A stretch of DNA of 64,000 bases from Octopus bimaculoides (taxonomy: Eukaryota), in the NCBI RefSeq assembly GCF_001194135.2, contig NC_068984.1, positions 87,669,820-87,733,819 of the forward strand, in the 5' to 3' direction. The notes beneath the pieces were generated by a model. That model was not told where the DNA came from, did not search any database, and saw only the letters and a list, made by a program, of their open reading frames with translations. Made by a program: the position numbers and the translations under genes. Position 1 is the first letter of the stretch. The number at the start of each line of letters is the position of its first letter. Of this stretch, positions 13,013 to 25,211 are shown piece by piece.

Positions 13013-13860
13013 ATTACATGGAAAAATGCGAGCAACAGACATAATATTCTTAAGATTATAAAGCTGGAAAATTACAGGACAAGTTATAACACTTGAAAAA
13101 GTTCAGGACAAATTATTACATCTGGTAAAGTACAGAACAAGAAAATTTTTACTCAAAATATTGCAGCTAAGGATAAAATTTCAAATAAAATATATAGATT
13201 TGGAAAATATTAGCTTTTATTAAAACTAAAGATTTTATTACAAGTTATTTCTTCTATTTGCTATTACTTGCTCTATTAAAAATTAAAAAAATACTCAATT
13301 AGAATATTTTTGCACTTTAAAAAAATTCATTTTTTTAATTATTAATTAAAAATTTGAAAATAGGTTATAAAAAAATAATAGTAGTACATAATTATTCAGT
13401 ACAATAAATAAAATAATACAAAATTTAATAAAATCCTTCTATAATAACAAATTCACAGTAAAATTTGCTTGAGTCATTACCTAAGTTATTGCTAAGTCTT
13501 CACATTTTCAGTCTTGACCCAATGCTTATTTTTTTACAAAATGAATTTGTCTACCATATATACTGTTCTACTTTGCTTAAAACTTTAGCTATATTGGTAC
13601 TTTTGGCTGTCGTTTTTTAAGTATTCAAGTGTGTCGATATTTTAACAAAATGATGGTACCTTTTTTAATTATAATTTTACTTTGTAAATTCAAATTTTAT
13701 CCTTAGCTGCAATATTTTAAGTAAAAATTTTCTTGTTCTGTACTTTACCTGATGCAATAATTTATCCTGAACTTTTCCAAGTGTAATAGATTGTCCTGTA
13801 ATTTTCCTGCTATATAATCTTAAGAATATTATTTCTCTTGCTCGTATTTTCCCATGTAAT
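13013..13860. repeat. 169-bp inverted repeat pair around a ~510-bp AT-rich spacer (foldback/MITE-like)
   Basis: 13013-13181 is the reverse complement of 13692-13860, e.g. gtaaagtacagaacaagaaaattttt versus aaaaattttcttgttctgtactttac. Roughly 85-90% identical by eye. Confidence 0.85.
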
Positions 13861-15865
13861 CCATATTTTTTTCCAGGCTATGCTATTATGCTAATTAATA
13901 ATGTGTTAAATGTGTCAATTATCGGTGTCGTGGATAATTTTTTCCTTACCTCAATGACACCGGTGACATATATTAAAAGTCCCTTTATAGAACTATATTC
14001 ATTAAAAAGTATAGAACTATATTATCACTTTCAAATTTGAGAAACAAACACTCACAACTTTTTTTATTTTAAAACTTTATTGCATGAGATTGATACCATG
14101 AAATTCCTTGAATTGAGCTCTACCATTTAAGCTTAATTAAAATATAGTTTGTTTTAAAATAAAAAAAAAGTTAATTAATTTTAAATACAATGTTTTGCCT
14201 TATATTTTTTTCATATATTACCTCAACTTTTTTTATACAAATTTTTGTTGCATGGGACCAAAACTATGAAATTTTTCATGCTTTCATTGAAGCTAAGATA
14301 AATATATTTTGCTTTTAAAATAAAGTTATTTAGATTTAAACTTGACTGGTAGCGTTACTTACTCTCCTATAACGTTGCTACAAATTTTGATGCAAACTTT
14401 TTTCTACTGGATCAAATCTCAGTTTTTTTTTCATGCAAAAATGTAGCTAGAGACCAGTCCTCTTCAAACATGTTAACAGTTTTGAATTTGGTTAAGAACT
14501 GAGTTATCGACAAGCTCTGAAACATGCTGCGTGTGAGTAAATTGTGGTCTTTTCCTTATTCCTTAAATTTGAAGTTGTACTATGGATCTACTTGTGTTTA
14601 ATAATAATTATTGAGGATAGAGAAAGTGGAGTTTCTCCAAGATGAAGCATCTTCAGAATGTACATAAACGATAATGTCATTTAGAATTTACTAATGTATT
14701 GTAGGCGTCAGTTTCCAAGAAATTTCGCAGAGAAAATGTTTGAATTTTAATAGTTGTTAGCATATCTAAAATTTCTTTAGCTTTTTCCTTTTCAAAATAT
14801 TACTGAGGTTTTACAAATTCTTAACTCGGCTTTTTCAGTATCTAATTTGGAACAGACTTAATTGAAAGACTCCAAAATATACCAATGAAGGCCTTCTATG
14901 TTTAAAAATCTTATTTGTAAGCAACGGCAAGAAAAATGAAACTTGAGCGGAATCAGAGTATTGTAAATAACTTTCCGTCCTATCACAAACGCTACAAAAA
15001 ATCTTACATAAGAAGATCGACGTTTCCTTTTCTCATTACATTTCTTTGTCGAATAACATACACCTAAACCATGTTCAGAGAGTAACAATTTTCACTCGCA
15101 TGTACTAATTTTTGTACGTATTACTTCCTTATACAAATCTGGAACTCATTGTCTCTTTGGCTGTTAAATGACAGCAGCAATATTTTTTTAAAATCATTAA
15201 GGCAACAGGATCTCAACGCATAATATAATAATAAATACTAATGGAACCTATTGAAATTTCACAGGTCTTGTTTGTGAACATTGAGGACTTTAGTTGTCTC
15301 TTATTTATAGTAACAGTGGAGAAGACGGCGAATGGCAGGTAAGAAAGATAGAGGGAGTGAGCGATGGAAGAGAAAAGTGTTGGTTTGGAAGGTAACAGTG
15401 AAAGATAGGAGGGAAAAAAATTAAATACCAGTTGTATAATCATACGTGCGCGCACGCACACACACGCACGCAAACAAACAAACGCACGCAAATAAACAAA
15501 CGCACACAGAATACACTGCGGACTGCAATAGTTTGTTGTAATGATGTTGTTAGTAAGACGTTATTTAATGGAGGAGGTAGTGACGACCAACACTTTATTC
15601 CTGCAAACAAAATTTTTTTTAAATACGTTTTGATTAAATGCATGCGCTTTAGTGCAAGTGATTGTTGTTGCCGCCACCAACACTACTATGACTACCAACA
15701 AGAAGCAAACAACAAACATAATAATAAAGATTTACTGTTATTCTCTCTTTATTTTCCCTCTTTTTTCTCTCTTCTTTGATCTACTTACCTTAGCATGACA
15801 CAAAAAGTAGGTTGGTAGAAACTTACAATTGTATTAATATATACATTTTAAAGCATTAAACAAAG

Positions 15866-16228
15866 AAATTTGGGCGGATGTAAAGAATGTGGACCGCACT
15901 CCCTTTCGTTATTTTATTTATTCATTATTTTTTTTACAGAATCCCCCATTTTCTAGNNNNNNNNNNNNNNNNNNNNNNNNNNNNNNNNNNNNNNNNNNNN
16001 NNNNNNNNNNNNNNNNNNNNNNNNNNNNNNNNNNNNNNNNNNNNNNNNNNNNNNNNNNNNNNNNNNNNNNNNNNNNNNNNNNNNNNNNNNNNNNNNNNNN
16101 NNNNNNNNNNNNNNNNNNNNNNNNNNNNNNNNNNNNNNNNNNNNNNNNNNNNNNNNNNNNNNNAAAAAAAAAAAAAAATTAATAACGAAAGTTGGATGCG
16201 GTCCACATTCTTTACGCCGCCCAAATTT
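15866..16228. repeat. 48-bp inverted repeat flanking an N-gap
   Basis: aaatttgggcggatgtaaagaatgtggaccgcactccctttcgttatt (15866-15913) versus the near reverse complement at 16181-16228. Confidence 0.8.
15957..16163. other. Assembly gap (207 N)
   Basis: N run. Confidence 1.
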
Positions 16229-18559
16229 GTACTTATCCTGCCAATATAGCTTTGCTATTTTCATTTTTGTATTAGTCTTCCTAATTTTTCACTTTTATTA
16301 CTCAATATATATTGTATTATTTATCACCAACTTCAAATTTTTTTGTTTCTTTCATAATTTGAATGCTTTAAATTCGATTTTTGGTAGCACTTGTCTGCAA
16401 CTTATCAAACTTAATTTTAGTATTTCTCGTAATTATGTTAATACAGCATTAATTTACAACACATTTGCGCCAGTAAAATAAAAGCTTAAAAAATAGCATT
16501 GGCTATTGGAACTTCGACGAGTACACTAGTTTGTGTCTATCTGACAGTATTACCACTACATTTAACAGCGCTAAGGCTCTAAAGTTATCAACTTATTTCC
16601 CTTCAACTTGCATTTTCTCTATACGGTTCAATCACTCTTCGGTTTACACAAATTTCCAGTTGAAATTCAAACATACACTTAACTCATTTCATCATCTCTC
16701 TTCCATTTATTCGGCAACCCGATACATCCTGATAAATTGCAACTGGATAATACCGCACATTTCGTTATGGTCTTGTAATGGGTTTGTCGGAAGATAGCTT
16801 TGTCGCTACGATATGGCTCTGCCATCTGTGTCTTTTGTTTGCGCATTAACTAAGAAACATAACATTCATGTTTGGTACAGAAGAAATTATGAATATCCAA
16901 TCTAATCTCTTTTTTTTTCTTTTTAATCCCCAACTTCCATATATTACTTATACCTACTTAACAATCTCCAGTAACTGTAGCTTTCGTACTGGATTTAACA
17001 CACGCAGTTTCCATTAACTTCTTAGAAGTTTTTATCCAAGTCGACTCTGTAGTTTTAAAGTCAAGTACATAGAAATGATCTAAGGAGAGAGTCTCTACGC
17101 AGTTTACTCGACTTACTAGAAATAGAAGTCAAATCTCCTTCAATTATACGCTACCTTCTTAGAAAAAGAAGGATGCATCGAACGGTGTAGTCCTACACAT
17201 GGAAAAAAAAAGGCGGGATGAACCTGATTGGGGATAGACCTAAAATCTTCCGATTTTAGGTCTGATGGATTTGGATCTAGACAGAAATTAGATTAAAATA
17301 ACGAAAGCACAAGCAACAACTACTATTACTGCTGCACATAGTTGTGGACACCTGACAGATAACTTGAATATATGCCATCTAGGTGCTCAATCACAGGGGT
17401 AAATTTTGAAAATCAATTTGATACCTGACTTACAGGTTCTCTTAGACAACTTATCTCTCGTTCAGTCACCTTGATCCTCCCATACATCGAACGTCATCGT
17501 ATGCATACCACCTTCACTCCTTTACTGTGACTCACTGCAACATTAGAGTTTATAATTTTGAAGAAATTCTGGTGATCAAGCTCCTACCTGCATTTCCATG
17601 GTTGTCATTCCGATCCATGACCATGTGCCTGTTATAGATTGATATTCAGCAAGATGCAAGTCTCATGGTTGGTCAGAAATTTTCATGTCTCTGATCACTT
17701 TTGCAGCCTCATTTCTAAGATAGTTCTAAGACATACAAAAATCACAACCAGGAGCAGGTCAATGATGTTGGCTCTTAGCTTATTAAGATCTTTGTCACAC
17801 AGTAAAAGCAGGTGGAAATTGTCGAGGTAACTAAAAATGATGTGTGATTAGGAGGGATCTGTATGGGCATACAAATCCCATTGACGTCCATGAATACGGA
17901 GCTATATCGAAACTGTTCTCCGTCAATTGGGTGGAAAGAAAGACCTTGAGAATGCCGGTAGGTCTAGCTTCCATACGTGTGGCAGCTCCGACCACTGAAA
18001 ACTCACTGCCCTAAAAAAGCAAAGAAAGAGAGAGAGTGGGGAGACAGACAGACAGATAAACAGAATGGGGAACAGCAGCAGAGCCGGTATCAACAACACA
18101 AGGTCGAAGAATAGCAAAGACATTTTTGTTTTGTGTCTAAGTTCTCGACAAAAACATCCGGGGATCCTCCTCCTTGTAGTGCTGCCTCATTGTAAGAAAG
18201 AGTACAAATTGAGCAAGCGATAGAGGAACCAAATTACGAGGAACGTGAAAAGAAAAAAAAAAAGAAAAAAAAAATTTTCAAAAGAAAATGAATTTAAAAG
18301 GAATGTAAGCATAATTTTCAAGATTGGCGATGCTCTCATGATTCTTCACAGTTCTTCGTATATCAAGCAAAGAACTAATGGATGTCTTAACCTACAACAA
18401 CATTTAAGGGAAGACAAAGAGCATATTTATAAAAATATATAAGGTGCATGCCAAAGAAAGCGGACCCAACCTTGTCTTTGATGCTTCAAGAATTGGTAAA
18501 AATATAGTACCGGTAAAGTTCGATGTTTAAAATTTACCCTAACTTTTAAATGTGGGACC

Positions 18560-18770
18560 TTATACATAAGTTAGAACTGACTCTAGCCCCAAGTCAGTCC
18601 TGATCAAGTATACTTATGGTCAAGGCATTCCAACTGTAACCATCTTGGCTTTTTATATATGTTGGATTACATGATCTAATGTGTTATTTTAAATAGCAAG
18701 GGGTGATTTGAAGAAAATGTCTCTGATATTACTAGCAAGCCGAACAGCTACATAGAGAGTTCTTGGTTGT
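18560..18770 (-). repeat. Unclassified dispersed repeat family X (other copies near 5315, 17090, 29045, 30270, 43850-44160, 55440-55830, 58500)
   Basis: Recurrent decayed motif ctagaaatagcagccaaatct...gtcttaaa...gaccatcc in both orientations across the window. Confidence 0.5.
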
Positions 18771-19309
18771 CTTAATATTATTGTAGTTGTTGCTGATATT
18801 ACTGCAAACATTGTTGTACTTGTTTATATAGTCGTTGTTGAGAAAGAAAATCTGCAAATGGTTTGTCACTTTTACAAACGTAGTACTGCAGTTTTCATTG
18901 CTGACATTCTTGCTTGTTTCATAGAGGAGATGGACAAGATGGCTTTGTGAAAGCTTGGCTCCTCTTGTGATTATTTCTTTTCTTATCGGAGAACTTTAAA
19001 CTTGCAGTCTCCTATCTTTCGCCACAAGATAAACATAAAATAGAAAAACTGTGCGAAGGGACATTAAAAAAAAATATACGTTAGTAAAATTCTCCGAGAT
19101 TCAGGAGGTGACCAAAGTTTGGTAAGTCATTCTAAAAATTTACCCACATAAATACTTTCATTTTAAGTTTTCCCTTTAACCTTAAAACATTATTGTTGTT
19201 CTTCATGTTAAATTTCAACCTCGGTTAAGACCTGGTCGATCAAACTTGAGATTAAAGGTGACTCTGCTAGTCATTCTCTTCATAACATCATCATCAACAA
19301 CAATAAGGA

Positions 19310-19510
19310 TTTCGGCACAAGGCCAACAATTTTCTTGGTGAAGGTAGTCAATTACATCGACTTCAGTATTTGACTCTTACTTTATTTTATTGACTTCCGA
19401 GGAAATGAAAGGCAAATTTGACTTCGAAATTTGAACTCAAAACGTAAAGATCTGAAATAAATTGCTGCAACGTATTTTATGACGATCCAACGATTCTGCC
19501 AATTCACCAT
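19310..19510 (-). mobile_element. SINE family C (tRNA head, trinucleotide tail)
   Basis: ggcacaaggcc...gaaaggcaaatttgacttcgaaatttgaactcaaaacg...aacgattctgcc; the reverse complement carries A-box (tggcagaatcgtt) and B-box (gagttcaaatt) motifs. Confidence 0.7.
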
Positions 19511-19681
19511 CGTAAGTAATTGTTCGAAATTAGGCTCAAGGCCAACAGATTTGAGAAGTGAGAGTGAATAGATATAAACGACTCCACCCCACAATACTAG
19601 ACAGGGATAGAAAGCAAACATGACCTGGGCGGAATTTGGACTAAAAATGTAAAGGGCTGGAAGAAATTTCGCAAGGTAAAA

Positions 19682-20328
19682 AAAAATCTGACAAGGAACG
19701 TTACTGGCCGGAGCTATCTGTCTGTCTGCCTGCTGGTTTGAGTTGATTCTTTGGCTACTGACTGGCCGGAGCTATCTGTCTGTTTATCTCTCTATCTACA
19801 AGAGCGTATATTGCCTGGTACGACTATAATTTCTGACCTCTGGCGTTCATATAATACGCTCAATCAGCTAGGATATAGACATTTGACTGTAAATCATTCT
19901 ATAAATTTTGTTGATCCGGTAACATTTGCCACAACCAACCACATAGAATGCTTATGGAAGCATGTAAAGAATCGCAACAAAAGAGAAAATGAAACAGCCC
20001 GAAATTTAATTCAGTCGCATCTGATTGAATTCATGTGGCGTTATGAATTTAAGGACGAAATCTTCGAAAAGTTATTGGAACAAATTCGACACCTATATCC
20101 ATGCGTTTGAAACATTACAGAGTATAAATATCTACGGAGCTTAAGTATCACATTTTTAAAAAAACTTAACTTCAAACTTCATTTGTTTTCTATTTTGATA
20201 AATTCTCTCTGTTGAAAATTATATTTTTATATTTTTAATAATTTGCAATTTCAGAAAATATATTTTTATATTAAATTTGCGTTTTCTAATTTGATAAATT
20301 CTACGGACACAAACGAAGGTGGACAAGT

Positions 20329-20362
<34 letters not shown>

Positions 20363-20429
20363 TAGCTCCGGCGAGTCAGTAGCCAAAGAATCAACTCAAA
20401 CCAGCAGTAACGTTCCTTGTCAGATTTTT
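19682..20429 (+). mobile_element. Merlin (IS1016/ISXO2-like DDE) transposon fragment with 70-bp inverted ends
   Basis: Open frame QERILPGTTIISDLWRSYNTLNQLGYRHLTVNHSINFVDPVTFATTNHIECLWKHVK...SHLIEFMWR...PCV* (to 20110) matches the IS1595/ISXO2 transposase C-terminus. The ends at 19682-19777 and 20360-20429 are inverted copies. Confidence 0.88.
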
Positions 20430-20519
20430 CTACTTTCACTTCTGACAGCTAATACCATGACAGTGCCAAATTTGAGCCGGAGAAGTGTTAGCCTCGAGTG
20501 CAAGGAGCGGGTGGGTTAA

Positions 20520-21530
20520 AAATAAAGTTGACCTCGGTGGGATTTGGATTCAGAACGTAAAGAGCCATAACTGAATGTTGCAAGGTGTTTTGTCCAATAC
20601 AAACGATTCAGCCAGCTCATCGCCTAAATATTAACAGTCTTTTTTTTTTACTGAATTAACAAGGCCTGAAATTTTGGAAGGAGGAAGCTAGTCGACTCCA
20701 GTGCTCAACTGTTATTTTATTGACCGTAGAAGGATGAAAGGCAAAGTCAACTACAGCGGAATTTGAATTCAGAATGTAAAGACGGACAAAATGCTACTAA
20801 CTATTTTGTTCGCCGGCGTGCTAACGATTCTACTAACTCCTTAATAATAATAATAATCCTTTCTACTATAGGCACAATGCCTGAAATTGGGGGAGGGGGA
20901 TAGTCGATTATATCGACTCCAGTATTCAACTGGTACTTAATTTATCGATTCCCGAAAGGGTGAAAGGCAAAGTCAACGAAATACCGCTAAGCATTTCGCC
21001 CGGTGTGCTAACGATTCAGCCATCTCGCCTCCATAATAATAGTCCTTTCTGCTATAGGCACAAGGCCTGGTGTTTGTGGAAAGGGGATAGTCGATTACAT
21101 CGACACCAGTACTTGACTGGTATTTAATTTGTCGACCTCGGCGGAATTTGAACTCAGAACGTAGCGACGATGCGAAATACCTCTCAGCATTTCGCCCGGC
21201 GCGCTAACGATTCTGCCAGCTGACCACCTTAATAATGATGATGATGATGATGATTTCTAATTTTGGCACAAAGCCAACTTCGGGGAGGAAGTAAATTGTT
21301 TACATAGAATCCAGTACTCAACTGGTATTTATTTAATCGAAGGGATGAATGGCAAACTAATAATAATAGTAATAATTGTCTCAAATTTTGGCACAAAGTC
21401 AGCAATTTTACGGGAGGGATTTGTCGATTACATTGACCCCAGTACTGGGCAGGTACTTATTTCATCAACCCCAAAAGGATAAAAGGCAAAGGTGACCTCG
21501 GCAGCATTTGAACTCAGAGCTTAAAGGACC
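20520..21530 (-). mobile_element. Head-to-tail cluster of about six SINE family C copies
   Basis: Repeated ggcacaaggcc...gtcgattacatcgac...gaaaggcaaagtc...tttgaactcagaacg...gctaacgattc units separated by (taa)n/(tga)n. Confidence 0.8.
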
Positions 21531-21823
21531 AGAACAAATACTACAACACATGTTCTCAGAAGCCCTGGACTGCCACATAGTAATAATGCTTTGAAGAGAT
21601 TTAAACCGAAAGTGCATAGGTGCATAAATAAACATTGCTTTAACATTTCTGCCGATCTACAAATCCTTTTAATTTTTTTTTTCCACCAGGGAACGTTCAG
21701 ACATACCACAGTGTGTTATGGAAGAGGTTAAAAAAACATGTTGGAATGTACCGGAAAGCAGGGACATTAAACAATATATTGGAACATTAAAAATAATTTT
21801 TTAAAAAACTAACTAAATGAATA

Positions 21824-22120
21824 TAGGCGCAGGAGTGGCTGTATGGTAAGTAGCTTGCTTACCAACTACATGGTCTTGGGTTCAGTCTCACTGCGTGGCA
21901 CCTTGGGCAAGTGTCTTCTATTATAGCCTCGGGCCGACCAAAGCCTTGTGAGTGAATTTGGTAGACAGAAACTGGAAGAAGCCCGTCGTATATATATATA
22001 TATATATAATGTATTTGTGTGTATATGTTTGTCCCCCCAACATCGCTTGACAACCGATGCTGGTGTGATTACGTCCCCGTAACTTAGCGGTTCGGCAAAA
22101 AATGACCGATAGAATAAGTG
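21824..22120 (+). mobile_element. SINE family A, young, 3'-truncated
   Basis: ggcgcaggagtggctgtatggtaagtagc...gggttcagtctc...ggcaccttgggcaagtgtcttc...(TA)n...cccgtaacttagcggttcggc. Confidence 0.85.
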
Positions 22121-22544
22121 CTTTTATGTCGGGCAAATTTATGTTTCTTTATGTCACATTGTGACAGTATTTTTAAGTGCATCTGTTTGCTTTAACATTT
22201 TTGTTCGTTTTTCTTTTTGTGTTATTAATTTTAGTGTATTTGAAAATTACTTCGCTGAGAGGCTTATTCAGCACTAATTTTCTTTTTGTTCTCATCTCTT
22301 CTGGTAAAATGTAAATACAAGAAAATTTTCCAGGAATAATTAAATACTGTCAAAAAGACAGATTTTCATCTATCCCAAATATAGGGTCACATGTCCCAAA
22401 GTACCCTATTTGTAAAATAGTTTTTAAAAAATTCATCCAATCACCCAGGGAAATTTGGTAATAATTTGATTTTCTCGGGGAGGTCTGAAAAACGCGTCCA
22501 TTCACACGAAAGCACATTTACAATAACCCTTTCTACAATAGTCA

Positions 22545-22720
22545 CAAGGCCTGAATTTTATGGGTAAGGGACAAGTTGATTACATCGATCTCAGTGCTTG
22601 TCTAGTACTTATTTCATCAACCCCGAAAGAACGAAAGACAAAGAATTTGAGCTCAGAAAGGTAATGACGGAAGGTAATGCTGCCAAGCTATTTGTCCGGC
22701 GTGCTAACGATTCTGCGAGG
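22545..22720 (-). mobile_element. SINE family C
   Basis: Same consensus as the 20520-21530 units. Confidence 0.7.
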
Positions 22721-25211
22721 TCAATAATCCGTTTATTTTATTTACCACTAGGGCCCAGTTATGTATACCAACATGTAAAACGAATTACATATAAGATGTG
22801 TAGGAGTGTACAAATATATATTATATAAAAATCAGGGATGATGGATGTCATACAATATATATCTATAACATGTTTAAATTTAATATCAATACAGAGAGAG
22901 AGAGAAGTTATGTTGGTTATCATGAATGTAAGGAATAGGCGTAAGTGATAAAGGCACATAACAGACAGAACGAACGAAACAAAACCGAAAATTCAACCGT
23001 CATCAGCTGTTGCAAGATCAGTTTCAACGCCTTATGATAGAAATGCTTTGTGGTGTCAACAAATGATGCAGTGGAGACAAGGCATAAAAACAGATACAAC
23101 TTAATGGGATTTTAATGACAGAGGCAGAGAAAAAAGAGAGGTATCATTCTGCTCTCCGTTATATGCTTAAGGACATCGTCGAAGCACTTACCCAGTTTGC
23201 GACGTATTTGTTGCACTTATTGTATTGTGTTATTTTGTCTAATTGACTAATGTTTTATTTCATCGAAAAATACTTGTTTTATTTAATTTCATGGCAGTAG
23301 GAGTATGTTTTATCTTTTTTTAATGTCTTTTTTTATCTTCCAAATAAAGGCTTTCTTCACACGGACGAGCGAGATGGGGCCACCCAGGTTGAGACTACCC
23401 TTCCCTGTCCAAAAGTGTCCATGAGCACATTTTGAGTCAGTCGAACTGTGAAGTATCCTACATCTCGGGTAAAAAAATCCCTCATACGGTTATTTGCCGC
23501 CAGGACCCAGTCATGCTTACAAAACATGTTACACCCAGGATGTGAATAGATGTTCTAATACAACTCTTCACCAAAAGTCTTTTGTTTAGGTGAGTGTGGT
23601 ATTGCTTTCCTATCTCACATTCAGTCAACTTGTTATTTGGTCGGTTATATATAGGCTATACATTAAATTGCATGGGCAATCATTTTTTCGGATCAATATA
23701 ACGTTGAGGGCCTCTGTGGAAGCAACCTTCTCTTGTGTCATGCACACTTGTTTGGAGATTTCATGGTGTGTTTATTAGTTTTTTTCCAGTTGCTTTGCTA
23801 CCCTTCAGTGGACTCCATTTCCTCTCCAATATGGGGATGAAGCTCTTAGCTTCTTGGTCCTCTCTTCTCTGCTGGCTGCCTTGTCAGCTCTTGAGATTGT
23901 ACTTACCTCTTTGTTGTTGCATGAATCCTACAGACAAAGGAGCACTTTCTTTAGTGACAATCAACTGCTATACTGTTTTCTAGTTCAGTAACAGCCAGTT
24001 GTTTTCTTTGACTGCCAACACCAGTGAAAAAGTTGTTGTTGTTAATGTTATTGTTTGTTTCTGGTAAATGAATGTTTTTACTTGTTAAAATTGTGTTATT
24101 ATTTTCCATTTGACAAATATATATACTTGCCTATTAAATTTATTTTCAGTTTTCTAAGTTTATACTGTGTTTTTGTAAAGTTACTTTTTTATTATTTTTT
24201 TGGTGATGGTAGTGGTGGTGAATTCCCTGCACATTAGCATGCGTAGCAAAAACAAAATTTCTATTTCTTTATTCCAGGAAGGGGTGAATATCCACATAGT
24301 CATACAGTTTTCAACTTGAAAATAATCCAAAACATGAAAACTTTTCATTGAGTAAGCTTGCCAAGAATTCACATCAAATCCAGCTTGTCAGATTCCTACT
24401 GGAACTTCAAACAATTTATAGTATTCATTCTCAGTCTTCATCTATCATTTAGAATTTATATATAAGTGTATAAGAATGTTTTCTTACATTGGCAAAATTC
24501 CACAAATTCTCAGAAGGATTAAGTTGATTGAATCACCTGAATGTGTGCCTAATATTTATTTCATTCATTAATTCAGAAAATGTATCCATTTTAACTCAGG
24601 CAAAATATGATCTTTGAATTCTGAGGGACAAAACTGTTCAATATTTAGTGTTGTAGCCTACTACATTATACAGTAATACTATACAAACATTATATCATTG
24701 ACAATCATAAATACCAGGAGAGTCTGTTAGATTAGGCATGAATTGAGACCCTGCCAAATGAACCTAATTGGAAGAATATGTGCACACACACACAATTAGA
24801 TTATTGTGACAGTGGTACTAAAATAGCAAGTATGCTAGTGCTTCATCAGACTAAATGCCATTACTATTTAGTTTCAGCCCTTTACATTCAGGCATATAAT
24901 TCTCCCAGAATTAATTTTGCTTTTCACACCTTCTACATCAATGGAAGAAGTAGCAGTTATGTACTAGAATTATTTCAATTGACTATTCCACTACAAATTT
25001 CAGACCTTGAGCTAATGTATGAAGTCAATATATCTCGGAATATACTTGAGTGGGAAAACACACAAATTCTAAGACTGCTTTTACATGTCTGGATGTATCT
25101 AAAAAGAAAGAAGAAAGACCAAATGTTTATGATTGAACATAATCAGTATTTCAGATATGACACTTGATAAACAATGGCTCTGATAGATTTCATTTGCAGG
25201 CTTGATGCTAT

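Noticed and set aside
14700-15140. Possible decayed transposase C-terminus on the minus strand (EFVKPQ*YFEKEKAKEILD)
   Set aside because: Too degenerate to assign.
20520-21530. Repeat-spacer-like periodicity resembling a CRISPR array
   Set aside because: The units are diverged ~180-bp SINE copies in a eukaryotic genome; no cas genes.
23340-24400. GC-richer stretches with protein-like partial frames on the minus strand
   Set aside because: Interrupted by stops, with no coherent splice model or recognisable motif; probably old TE debris.
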